Both the position numbers and the translations under genes were made by a program. The notes under the pieces are model-generated. The model worked only from the letters and a program-made list of their open reading frames with translations, had not been told where the DNA came from and did not search any database. A DNA stretch of 27,489 nt from Fidelibacterota bacterium (GTDB lineage Bacteria; Fidelibacterota; Marinisomatia; Marinisomatales; UBA2128): NCBI GenBank assembly GCA_046861645.1, contig JBHHUM010000026.1, positions 1 through 27,489 of the forward strand. Direction: 5' to 3'. Shown piece by piece: positions 21,045 through 27,489 of the stretch (its first letter is position 1; every line of letters starts with the position of its first letter).

Positions 21045-22670
21045 TTGATCTCAATGGAACAACTGAATTCAATAATAGCCAATTTTACAGACTTCATGTG
21101 GAATAAGCCTGTTCTAATTTTGATGTTAGGGGGGGGCGCCTTCTTTACCATCTATTCCCGTTTAGTTCCCTTACGGTTTTTTCGTCATGCGATTCATATT
21201 TTGACGGGTAGATATGATTCGGCATCTGACCCTGGCCAAATAACTCATTTTCAAGCCCTCTCCAGTGCTCTGGCCAGTACGGTAGGAATGGGCAACATTG
21301 GTGGAGTCGCCGTAGCCATCTATACTGGTGGTCCAGGCGCTCTGTTCTGGATGTGGGTTAGTGCGGTTATTGGAATGGCGACCAAGTTCTTTACCTGTAC
21401 ATTGTCCATCATGTATCGGGGTCGGGATGAAAGAGGTGAAGTGCAGGGTGGTCCTATGTACTATATTGAAGAAGGTCTGGGAAAAAGATTCAAACCTTTA
21501 GCCATTTTTTTCAGTGTTGCGGGTCTATTTGGTTGTCTAACTTTTTTTCAAGCCAATCAATTATCCCAGATGATAAGGGATTTTCTTTATAAACCGGCTC
21601 AACTTTTTACAGAGAATCCTATAACTGGAGACGCTTTTTCAGGAGTAATTATGGCTGCTGTAGTGGGGTTAGTTGTTTTTGGGGGAATCCGAAGGATTGC
21701 TCAGGTAGCTTCACGACTTGTTCCTTTTATGGTAGGTGTATATTTACTGGCAGCTGTTCTGATTCTTTTCTCTCATCTTTCGGAAATACCTGACCTGCTA
21801 TGGTTAATTGTTACGGATGCCTTTTCTGGGAATGCTGTGTTGGGAGGAGCTGTGGGAACGGTGATTGCCACTGGAATTCGCCGGGCTGCTTTTTCCAATG
21901 AAGCTGGTATTGGTACTGAGGCGATGGCTCATGGCGCTGCTAAAACCAAAGAACCTGTCCGTGAAGGATTGGTCGCCATGTTGGGACCTTTGATTGATAC
22001 TATCGTTGTCTGTAGTATTACAGCCTTGGTGATCCTTACTTCCGGTATGTGGAAAGCCGGTTTTCAATCCGAGAATAGTATGATCTTGTCTGCTGATGAC
22101 GATACGATTGTATTGAATATAGGCAATATTCAGGAACTGAATTTACCTGATGAAAAGTGGCTGGGATTGGAATTTGAAGTGCGTGATTTACAAAATAATC
22201 AAACTACAGTGACAGAGATTGTAAAAATTGATTCAATACTTGATGATAATACCGTGGTGTTGAAAAACGTTAGTAATAATAAAATTGTTATTAATGAAAA
22301 CTCATGGTTTCATCTGAATGTCAATGGTGTTTCGCTAACAACTTTAGCTTTTGATAAAGAGTTTGGAGTCGCTGGCAAGTTACTGATGGTAGTGGCTGTA
22401 TTGACCTTCAGTTTGTCAACAATGTTTGGTTATTCCTATTATGGACGTAAATGTACTGGTTACCTGTTTGGGGTACGCTGGAAATCGTCCTATAATTGGG
22501 TTTATGTTATCGCCATCGTCTTAGCATCTATGATTAAAATTGATATCGCCATCAATTTCGTTGATGGGATGTTTGCTTTAATGGCTATACCGACAGTCAT
22601 TTCCACGGTTCTGCTCGCTCCCCGAGTGATGCAAGCAGCCAGAAAATACTTTCATGAATTGGAGAATTAA
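21045..22670 (+). CDS. Alanine/glycine:cation symporter (AgcS/AlsT family) with an extra ~90-aa loop; the start may be the ATG at 21054
   Basis: ALASTVGMGNIGGVA, GGPGALFWMW, GGPMYY, FSNEAGIG, IDTIVVCSIT, MAIPT. Confidence 0.93.
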   Translation: MISMEQLNSIIANFTDFMWNKPVLILMLGGGAFFTIYSRLVPLRFFRHAIHILTGRYDSASDPGQITHFQALSSALASTVGMGNIGGVAVAIYTGGPGALFWMWVSAVIGMATKFFTCTLSIMYRGRDERGEVQGGPMYYIEEGLGKRFKPLAIFFSVAGLFGCLTFFQANQLSQMIRDFLYKPAQLFTENPITGDAFSGVIMAAVVGLVVFGGIRRIAQVASRLVPFMVGVYLLAAVLILFSHLSEIPDLLWLIVTDAFSGNAVLGGAVGTVIATGIRRAAFSNEAGIGTEAMAHGAAKTKEPVREGLVAMLGPLIDTIVVCSITALVILTSGMWKAGFQSENSMILSADDDTIVLNIGNIQELNLPDEKWLGLEFEVRDLQNNQTTVTEIVKIDSILDDNTVVLKNVSNNKIVINENSWFHLNVNGVSLTTLAFDKEFGVAGKLLMVVAVLTFSLSTMFGYSYYGRKCTGYLFGVRWKSSYNWVYVIAIVLASMIKIDIAINFVDGMFALMAIPTVISTVLLAPRVMQAARKYFHELEN

Positions 22671-22691
22671 GGAAGATAGGGAGGAGGATGC

Positions 22692-23894
22692 TTACAAAGG
22701 TTTTTTAGTAAGATAAATTCTACGAAGGCGATTAGTTGTTGCCAGCAGAACTTTGGCTCGATATTTCCCCAGGATGAGTGACTCACCTGCCCGGGGGATT
22801 CGACCTAATGAAGAGAGTACAAAGCCACCTATAGTTTCGTAGTTTCCCGTAGGTAGATCGTATCCATAACGTTTTAAATCTTCGATTTCCACCAGGGAAT
22901 CCACGACTAATCCTCCCCCCGGGATGCGTGATATTTTCTTTCCCGCTTCATCAAATATATCTTCGAATTCTCCAAACAACTCCTCCACCAGATCTTCTAC
23001 AGTAACCATTCCTATTGTCTCGCCATTCATTCCGGTGATTAATGCAATACTGGATGTATGCTGTTTCAACTTTTCCAGGGCTGAACTGGCCGTTCGTGTT
23101 TCAGAAATGAAAATGGGTTGTTTCATAATTGCCAGTAGAGATTGGGGATGGGTAAAGAGATCGTGAATGAAAATAACACCGACGATGTTGTTCAATGATC
23201 CCTCGTAAACAGGGAGCTTGGAAAAACCGGTTTCGGCAAGGGCAAGGGCAGCATCTTCCCGAGTGGCTGTGATGTTTATGGAGACGATATCTGACAGAGG
23301 GGTCATGGCTTCTTTGACTGGTCGGCTGCCAAACTCGAAGATGTTCGTTATCATTTCCTTTTCATCTGACTCCAATTCTTCACCTACCTCTTTTTCTTCA
23401 AAGAGTACTTTTAAATCTTCACGAGTGAATAGGGGAGCGTCTGAGTGATTATCCTTGTTAATCAGGTGGGAGTAAAGGCTGACCAGCTTTACAAAAGGAG
23501 CTAGAATGAATTCAATGGCTCTCAGGAGAGGAGTCACTCGCAGGGCAAGCAGGTTGGCATGATCCCGAAAGAGAACTTTGGGTAAGATCTCACCAAATAT
23601 AAGGATCACTAAAGCTATGATGAGCATAGTGGGTGTCTTTCCTATTCCAGAAGCTAAAAGCGTAACTGTGGCGAAAGAGGTCGTCAGAACGTTGGCAATA
23701 TTTGTTCCGATCAATAGTGTGGTTAGGTAGCGTTCCGGTTCTGATAGTAGTCCAAGGGTGCGCCTGGCAGAGCGGTGACCTTGTTTCTGCCACACTTCAA
23801 TCTGGAGGGGATTGGCCTGGATGAAGGCAATCTCCGTCCCGCTGAAAAAGGCAGAGAGGATGAGACCTATGAGGGCAAATATCGGTTCAATCAT
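22692..23894 (-). CDS. CNNM/CorB-type (hemolysin-annotated) protein: DUF21, CBS pair and CorC domain
   Basis: SAFFSGTEIA, LIGTNIAN, IFGEILPK, FSKLPVY, GMVTVEDLVEELFGE, YETIGG. Confidence 0.93.
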   Translation of the reverse strand: MIEPIFALIGLILSAFFSGTEIAFIQANPLQIEVWQKQGHRSARRTLGLLSEPERYLTTLLIGTNIANVLTTSFATVTLLASGIGKTPTMLIIALVILIFGEILPKVLFRDHANLLALRVTPLLRAIEFILAPFVKLVSLYSHLINKDNHSDAPLFTREDLKVLFEEKEVGEELESDEKEMITNIFEFGSRPVKEAMTPLSDIVSINITATREDAALALAETGFSKLPVYEGSLNNIVGVIFIHDLFTHPQSLLAIMKQPIFISETRTASSALEKLKQHTSSIALITGMNGETIGMVTVEDLVEELFGEFEDIFDEAGKKISRIPGGGLVVDSLVEIEDLKRYGYDLPTGNYETIGGFVLSSLGRIPRAGESLILGKYRAKVLLATTNRLRRIYLTKKPL

Positions 23895-23971
23895 CTATTT
23901 TTTTGTGTTGTTCACAGTTCAAAATATCTAATGAGAATGAAATACTCAATAGTTTTAGTTTGTGGCAATCT

Positions 23972-24041
23972 GTTTCCCTCTTGAGCTTCCCTTCCGATAC
24001 TTTACCCCCAACTTTGAAGGGTAAGTGGGGAAGAGGGAAAC
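23972..24041. repeat. Inverted repeat / hairpin at the boundary between core genome and cassette array
   Basis: GTTTCCCTCTT (23972-23982) and AAGAGGGAAAC (24031-24041) form a perfect 11-bp inverted repeat enclosing TTACCC/GGGTAA. Confidence 0.6.
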
Positions 24042-24070
24042 TTTACTCTTGATTAAATAGTATTTGTCAG

Positions 24071-24386
24071 TTATTCAACTGGATTCATATTCCCATAAAC
24101 AAGCCTAATAAACAGGCCGGAAGCTCCTAATACTAACGTAGAGACGAGTGCCAATACTAGAATAGGACCAAAGCCTAAGGAAAACATTGTGCTAAAGAAT
24201 AACGCAAATAGTATTCCGAAAAAAACCCATGAGAATACCGACCCGGAGTCCTTCAGCCAAAGGTGACTCCCCTTCATATCCCTTTGGATGGATATAGGCT
24301 ATGATCAGAGCCATTACCAGGACAGCTATCAGGGGCAAGATGGGTGAACCTCCCTGCGCCGCTCCTGCAGGTTCATAAATGGCGAA
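24071..24386 (-). pseudogene. 5'-truncated, frameshifted small membrane protein gene (cassette remnant)
   Basis: One frame reads IYEPAG..LIAVLVMALIIAYIHPKGYEGESPLAEGLRVGILMGF. It shifts at a T7 run (24219-24225) into GILFALFFSTMF..LFIRLVYGNMNPVE*. In-frame TGA at 24387-24389. Confidence 0.65.
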
Positions 24387-24388
24387 TC

Positions 24389-24521
24389 ACAAAACTTCGA
24401 ATTCACTTGCCTTTTTTTGATAATGCTTGATATAAAATGTCTGTCGGCAGACAGGTGTTCCGGTTATTTCACAGCCGGTTCCGATGTATTGTATCGGGGT
24501 CTGGTTGAGCGTGGGTGAGAA
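24389..24521 (-). other. Degenerate or hybrid attC site (attC3)
   Basis: Minus strand: TTCTCAC (R''-like) and GCTCAACC (L'') just after the hicB stop; AGTGAAT (L'), a 5-nt spacer and GTTTTGT (R'). The L'' and L' boxes do not pair, which suggests two fused half-sites. Confidence 0.55.
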
Positions 24522-24528
24522 GGCACCT

Positions 24529-24734
24529 TTACACCTCGACAAGTTCACTGGTGATCTCCGATTCTGGAATAGGACTTCCTTCTTAGAGAAGTGATTCTAA
24601 ATGGAATTCAATCGCTTCTCAAATTAATTTTCTTACTTCAGATTGAGTTTCTGTGACAGCCACACAACCCGGTAGGTCCGGAACAGATGCTCCATAATTA
24701 TTGTCTGTTTTTTAATTACGACTACATATTGCAT
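24529..24734 (-). pseudogene. hicB: HicB-family antitoxin pseudogene
   Basis: MQYVVVIKK/DNNYGASVPDLPGCVAVTETQSEVRKLI*EAIEFHLESLL*EGSPIPESEITSELVEV*. Frameshift in an A6 run (24708-24713); stops at 24619-24621 and 24583-24585. Confidence 0.9.
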
Positions 24735-24903
24735 TTTTTTCAATCTTATTTCGCGTCCCCAGAGATAAATCCAAACTTAGTTTCCCTGTAACTGTTACTG
24801 TTCCTGGTTTGTTTGGATGTTTATATTATCTATGACCACCCTTAATTCTGTGTAGATACCAGCCCACATTTTCCAACATTTTGATCATTTTTCTAAATTT
24901 CAT
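24712..24903 (-). pseudogene. hicA: HicA-family mRNA interferase toxin pseudogene
   Basis: MKFRKMIKMLENVGWYLHRIKGGHR*YKHPNKPGTVTVTGKLSLDLSLGTRNKI. The HicA GW..R.KGSH.QYKHP.KPG.VTV pattern carries a TAA at 24826-24828. Confidence 0.9.
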
Positions 24904-24967
24904 TGCAATACTGAAAATAAAACAAATACAATATTTTCACAGTAAACTAATACTAATTAATAGTGCC

Positions 24968-25025
24968 TTCTGACATTCAGCATCAGCAGCGGCTCATCGC
25001 TGTGAGTTGCCTGCTGTTGTTTGGA
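24968..25025 (-). other. attC site (attC2), degenerate
   Basis: Minus strand: TCCAAAC-AACAGCAGGCAACTCACAGCGATGAGCCGCTGCTGATGCTGAAT-GTCAGAA, an imperfect hairpin with an unpaired base in the left arm. R'' lies 10 nt after the stop at 25036. About 7 nt appear deleted from the L'' region. Confidence 0.75.
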
Positions 25026-25035
25026 GTTTTTCAGC

Positions 25036-25887
25036 TCAAAAGTGATAGAACAGTGATAGAACAGGCCTCACATGAAACTCTTTGTCCTCAGTCAGGGGTA
25101 GACTAACACCGACTCCGACCTGGAAGCTTGGATTGTCAAACGGCTGAATTTTGAACCCCGGCGTTATGTTGACGAACGTTTCTCCATCCTCCTCACCACC
25201 AAAAACATGCTCGCCGTCGAATTCGAGGAGCGTCATGAGCTGAGGTATCAGGTAATAGAGGATGGATACATTCCAGCCAAGCTCAAAGTCAGCCTCATCT
25301 TCGTCATTGTCATTAAACGGGAACCCGAAAGAGGTGAAGCCGACAATCTCCCAATGATCGCGCCGATAACCCAAATCAACAAAAGGCTCAACCTCCAACA
25401 CCCGGTCAAAACCGATTCCCCTCTCCTCATTGCCGGTGGGTAAGCCGAACTCGATCCCCCCACCCAGTAGCACGCCATGTTCCCCAAGAGTGAAGTTTGC
25501 GTACTTAATACCGACCTCCACATTGTCTAGACGATCCGTAGCATTCCCTTCATTGGTGTTGAGAAACGTATATGGGACATCTGCCTCAAGACTCAGCCAA
25601 GGTGCGAAGGCGTATTCGGACTCCAAGCGAAGTGTGTGGCGTTTAACGCCTTCTTCTCCTGGTTCGTTGGAGAAGAAATAGTCGAAACGCACCTTAGTGT
25701 CTGGAGATGGAGATTCTGCGACGAGAGGGTGAGAGAAATGCAAGTGGCCCTGGTCGTGAATGTGGGGCGTTGGCTCGTGAGCCAGGGCTATCCCTCCGAA
25801 GCTCGCCTGAAGTGTAATGCTTACGATAGTAAGGACCGCTAGTCTCAAGGGGGTTCTGGTTATGGTTCGAAAATAATAGGTTATCAA
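25036..25887 (-). CDS. Cassette-borne predicted outer-membrane beta-barrel with a His-rich N-terminus (putative metal-related transporter)
   Basis: AGGAGG ribosome-binding site and TTG start; signal peptide ending ALA; HEPTPHIHDQGHLHFSHP; alternating beta-strands; terminal Phe (LSLFYHF); visibly more GC-rich than its flanks. Confidence 0.75.
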   Translation of the reverse strand: MITYYFRTITRTPLRLAVLTIVSITLQASFGGIALAHEPTPHIHDQGHLHFSHPLVAESPSPDTKVRFDYFFSNEPGEEGVKRHTLRLESEYAFAPWLSLEADVPYTFLNTNEGNATDRLDNVEVGIKYANFTLGEHGVLLGGGIEFGLPTGNEERGIGFDRVLEVEPFVDLGYRRDHWEIVGFTSFGFPFNDNDEDEADFELGWNVSILYYLIPQLMTLLEFDGEHVFGGEEDGETFVNITPGFKIQPFDNPSFQVGVGVSLPLTEDKEFHVRPVLSLFYHF

Positions 25888-26017
25888 TAACTTTCCTCCT
25901 GAAAATATCTATGTTCCCCTTTCCATTAATGGTGTAACATTTTGTGAGACCCTGACGAGTAAGTCAGGCTAAACACCAGACACAGCTCCAAAGGATCCTT
26001 TGGGAAAGGGGAACGAT

Positions 26018-27083
26018 ATGAATCATAACAACAGAAAGCTAATTGAAAATAAACAATACATACAAGGAAAAGTAATTGCCTGCCCGACATTGGTCAGGCG
26101 GGTCGGGATTGATCCTGCTAAGGATAAGTACCAGGTGAGGATCATTGATTCTTATGGAGTTCCCGTAGGTATGTCCTTTTCTTTTCCCAACTCATACAAC
26201 AGGTATCACAACATTATGTGGAGAAAAGTCAGGAGGTACATAGGGGAACCCAAGCGGAAGGTTATTTTTGCTGTGGAAACTGCTTGTGATTTGTGGCAGA
26301 CGCTGGTTCATTGCCTTTATACTAACCGCCCGTTACTTGCTAAAGCGATACATCCTGCCTCACCATTATCTTACTCTTGATATGGAAAAAGAAACATAAG
26401 CGATTACGTCTATATCCAAGCGCCAGCACGGGAAAGAAACACTTATGTTCCTTCGACAGATGGCAGAGAAAACGATTGGTGTCGATTGTAGTGATAATAC
26501 CGAAGAAAAGAGTTTACGCTTTATCCTTAACTGCTGGTTGAATCAATTGGATTTGATTGAAGAGCAAGCCAGGTAAATTGAATGTGAACTCATTCAACTT
26601 GCCAAACAGTATTCGTCTTATTACAGTATCAGAAGCTTAATGGGAGTATCAGATAAGATGGCAGCTTTATTTATTGCAGAGACCAGGGCTTTAAAGAATG
26701 TCACGCACTATAAACAAATTCAAAAGATGGCAGGAACTAATCTCCGGTTAAACACGTCAGGACGCTACCGGGGTCGTAACCGTTTGAGTCATATTGGTAA
26801 TTCACGCTTGCGTTGGCTTTTATACATGATGACAAAAGAGACGGTGAAATACATTCCGGAGATCAGGGTTCAATACCTGAAGCGGAAGTTGAAGAAGCTC
26901 AGCTATACAAATAACGTTATGGCCTGCACTTCTAAGCTGTTACAGATAATCATGTCATTGGTGAGGGAAGAACGAAAATATGATCCAGGTTTACATCCAG
27001 AAATCATAGTCCAGTGTAAACAGCTGGATGCAGAGTACAAGAGAAAGAAGCGTAACAAGCCTTCTGCTATTCAGTATGCTTGA
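26018..27083 (+). pseudogene. IS110-family (DEDD) transposase pseudogene
   Basis: N-terminal VGIDPAK and FAVETA motifs. A frameshift/deletion near 26320 removes the DxxD region. A second frame reads TARYLLKRY..(TAA 26397-26399, TAA 26574-26576)..GVSDKMAALFIAE..KMAGTNL..TSG..SHIGNSRLRWLLY. Confidence 0.9.
26079..26102. repeat. 24-bp palindromic insertion inside the transposase
   Basis: CCTGCCCGAC-ATTG-GTCAGGCGGG. Removing it converts KVIACPTLVRRVGID to KVIVGID. Confidence 0.8.
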
Positions 27084-27288
27084 ATATGTGCTGATTGACA
27101 ATTAGAATTCTACCTGGGGAATAAGCCAGATAAGGCAACTCTCTTTCGCCGGAACGCCAGGAATTATTCCGGTAATGGAGAAAGCCTCAACGGGAGAGGT
27201 GTGCCCGTATGGTACCGGGAAATCAAGATAATACGCCAAAACAAAGCTTTTTTCTAAGAAACCAAGCTAAGATCGGCTCAGTTTTTCC
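27084..27288 (+). ncRNA. Candidate bridge/seek RNA region (IS110 non-coding right end)
   Basis: Non-coding end with hairpins GCCGGAA/TTCCGGT (27148-27173) and ACGGG/CCCGT (27190-27208). The RNA call rests on IS110-family knowledge only. Confidence 0.4.
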
Positions 27289-27311
27289 TTGACTTTGTAG
27301 CAAGTAGGGTG
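27289..27311 (+). promoter_or_regulatory. -35 half and spacer of the IS circle-junction promoter; the -10 is TAACAT at 25935-25940
   Basis: TTGACT (27289-27294) plus 17 nt ending in the GGTG core abuts TAACAT when the element circularises. Confidence 0.75.
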
Positions 27312-27446
27312 AGCTCACCGGCGTAAAAGATTCTGCCGACTACAGTTCTGTTTAGATTGTGCTTCATTTTTTCTCCAAACTTAAGTTAGAGCCCGCCAGT
27401 CCTTTACGTCCGGTGCAGCGGATTGCTGGGTGTTTCAAGAACATTA

Positions 27447-27488
27447 CTAATACTGAATTGTCTCTTTTATCGTTTCATAGCTAAAAGG
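27447..27488 (-). CDS. Probable 3' end of the next cassette gene, running off the window
   Basis: ..PFSYETIKETIQY* followed by a second stop; ends 15 nt before R'' of attC1. Confidence 0.35.
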   Translation of the reverse strand, partial: PFSYETIKETIQY

Positions 27489-27489
27489 A

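Larger units (their letters stand above)
25935..27311 (+). mobile_element. IS110-family insertion sequence, defective, ~1.38 kb
   Basis: GGTG at both junctions (25931-25934 and 27308-27311); IS110 transposase remnants; joining the ends creates TTGACT-N17-TAACAT; removing the element restores an attC. Confidence 0.88.
25924..27431 (-). other. attC site (attC1, ~131 bp when reconstructed), interrupted by an IS110 element
   Basis: Minus strand with the IS removed: ACCCAGC (R''), AATCC, GCTGCACC (L''), GGACGTAAAG...TTTACGCC, GGTGAGC (L'), TCACC, ATTAATG (R'). Two extra unpaired bases lie in the left arm, as in canonical attC sites. Confidence 0.8.

Noticed and set aside
24912..24939. TGAAAATA-N12-TATTTTCA inverted repeat as a hicAB operator
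   Set aside because: The very AT-rich context makes a chance match likely, and this short HicB has no evident DNA-binding domain.
32..25842. Numerous short antisense or alternate-frame ORFs in the ORF track
   Set aside because: They overlap well-supported genes and show no recognisable motifs.
26000..27083. Two separate genes (126 aa and 147 aa) as in the ORF track, or a programmed frameshift
   Set aside because: They are fragments of one transposase with an internal deletion and two nonsense codons.
27095..27125. TTGACA as an internal promoter for the IS right-end RNA
   Set aside because: No credible -10 hexamer at 16-18 nt spacing.
27470..27489. SAM-II-like 3' motif (TAGCTAAAAGG)
   Set aside because: No matching 5' half upstream; better explained as the antisense of a cassette gene's 3' end.
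1..27489. CRISPR array, tRNA or rRNA genes
   Set aside because: No regularly spaced direct repeats or recognisable structural RNA gene sequences were seen by eye.

Overview
Bacterial chromosomal window, probably FCB-group. A Marinimicrobia-like lineage is inferred from the FlgD-Ig/T9SS-type C-terminal domain, the DUF5723-like barrel and the gene order. Bases 1-23.9 kb are mostly housekeeping: a 5'-truncated dockerin/cohesin surface protein, degP, then a long + strand run (ileS, dksA-like, lspA, rluD-like, xerC, pckA, hpf, nucleotidyltransferase, metK, ahcY, large lipoprotein, DUF5723-like barrel), followed by lptG, an AgcS symporter and a CNNM/CBS protein. The IleRS is type 2 with the swapped GVHH signature motif. 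The last ~3.4 kb is largely missed by the ORF track. It is a decaying minus-strand integron cassette array with three attC-like sites. Its cassettes are a His-rich beta-barrel gene, a pseudogenised hicAB module and a membrane-protein remnant, and a further cassette runs off the right edge. The first attC is split by a defective IS110-family element. Its ends can be placed from a duplicated GGTG core and a TTGACT-N17-TAACAT promoter that forms only on circularisation. The element has no terminal inverted repeats and a structured ~225-nt right end, a candidate bridge/seek RNA aimed at attC sites. A 24-bp palindrome sits in frame just before the transposase's first catalytic Asp. All motif calls were made by eye, without database searches.
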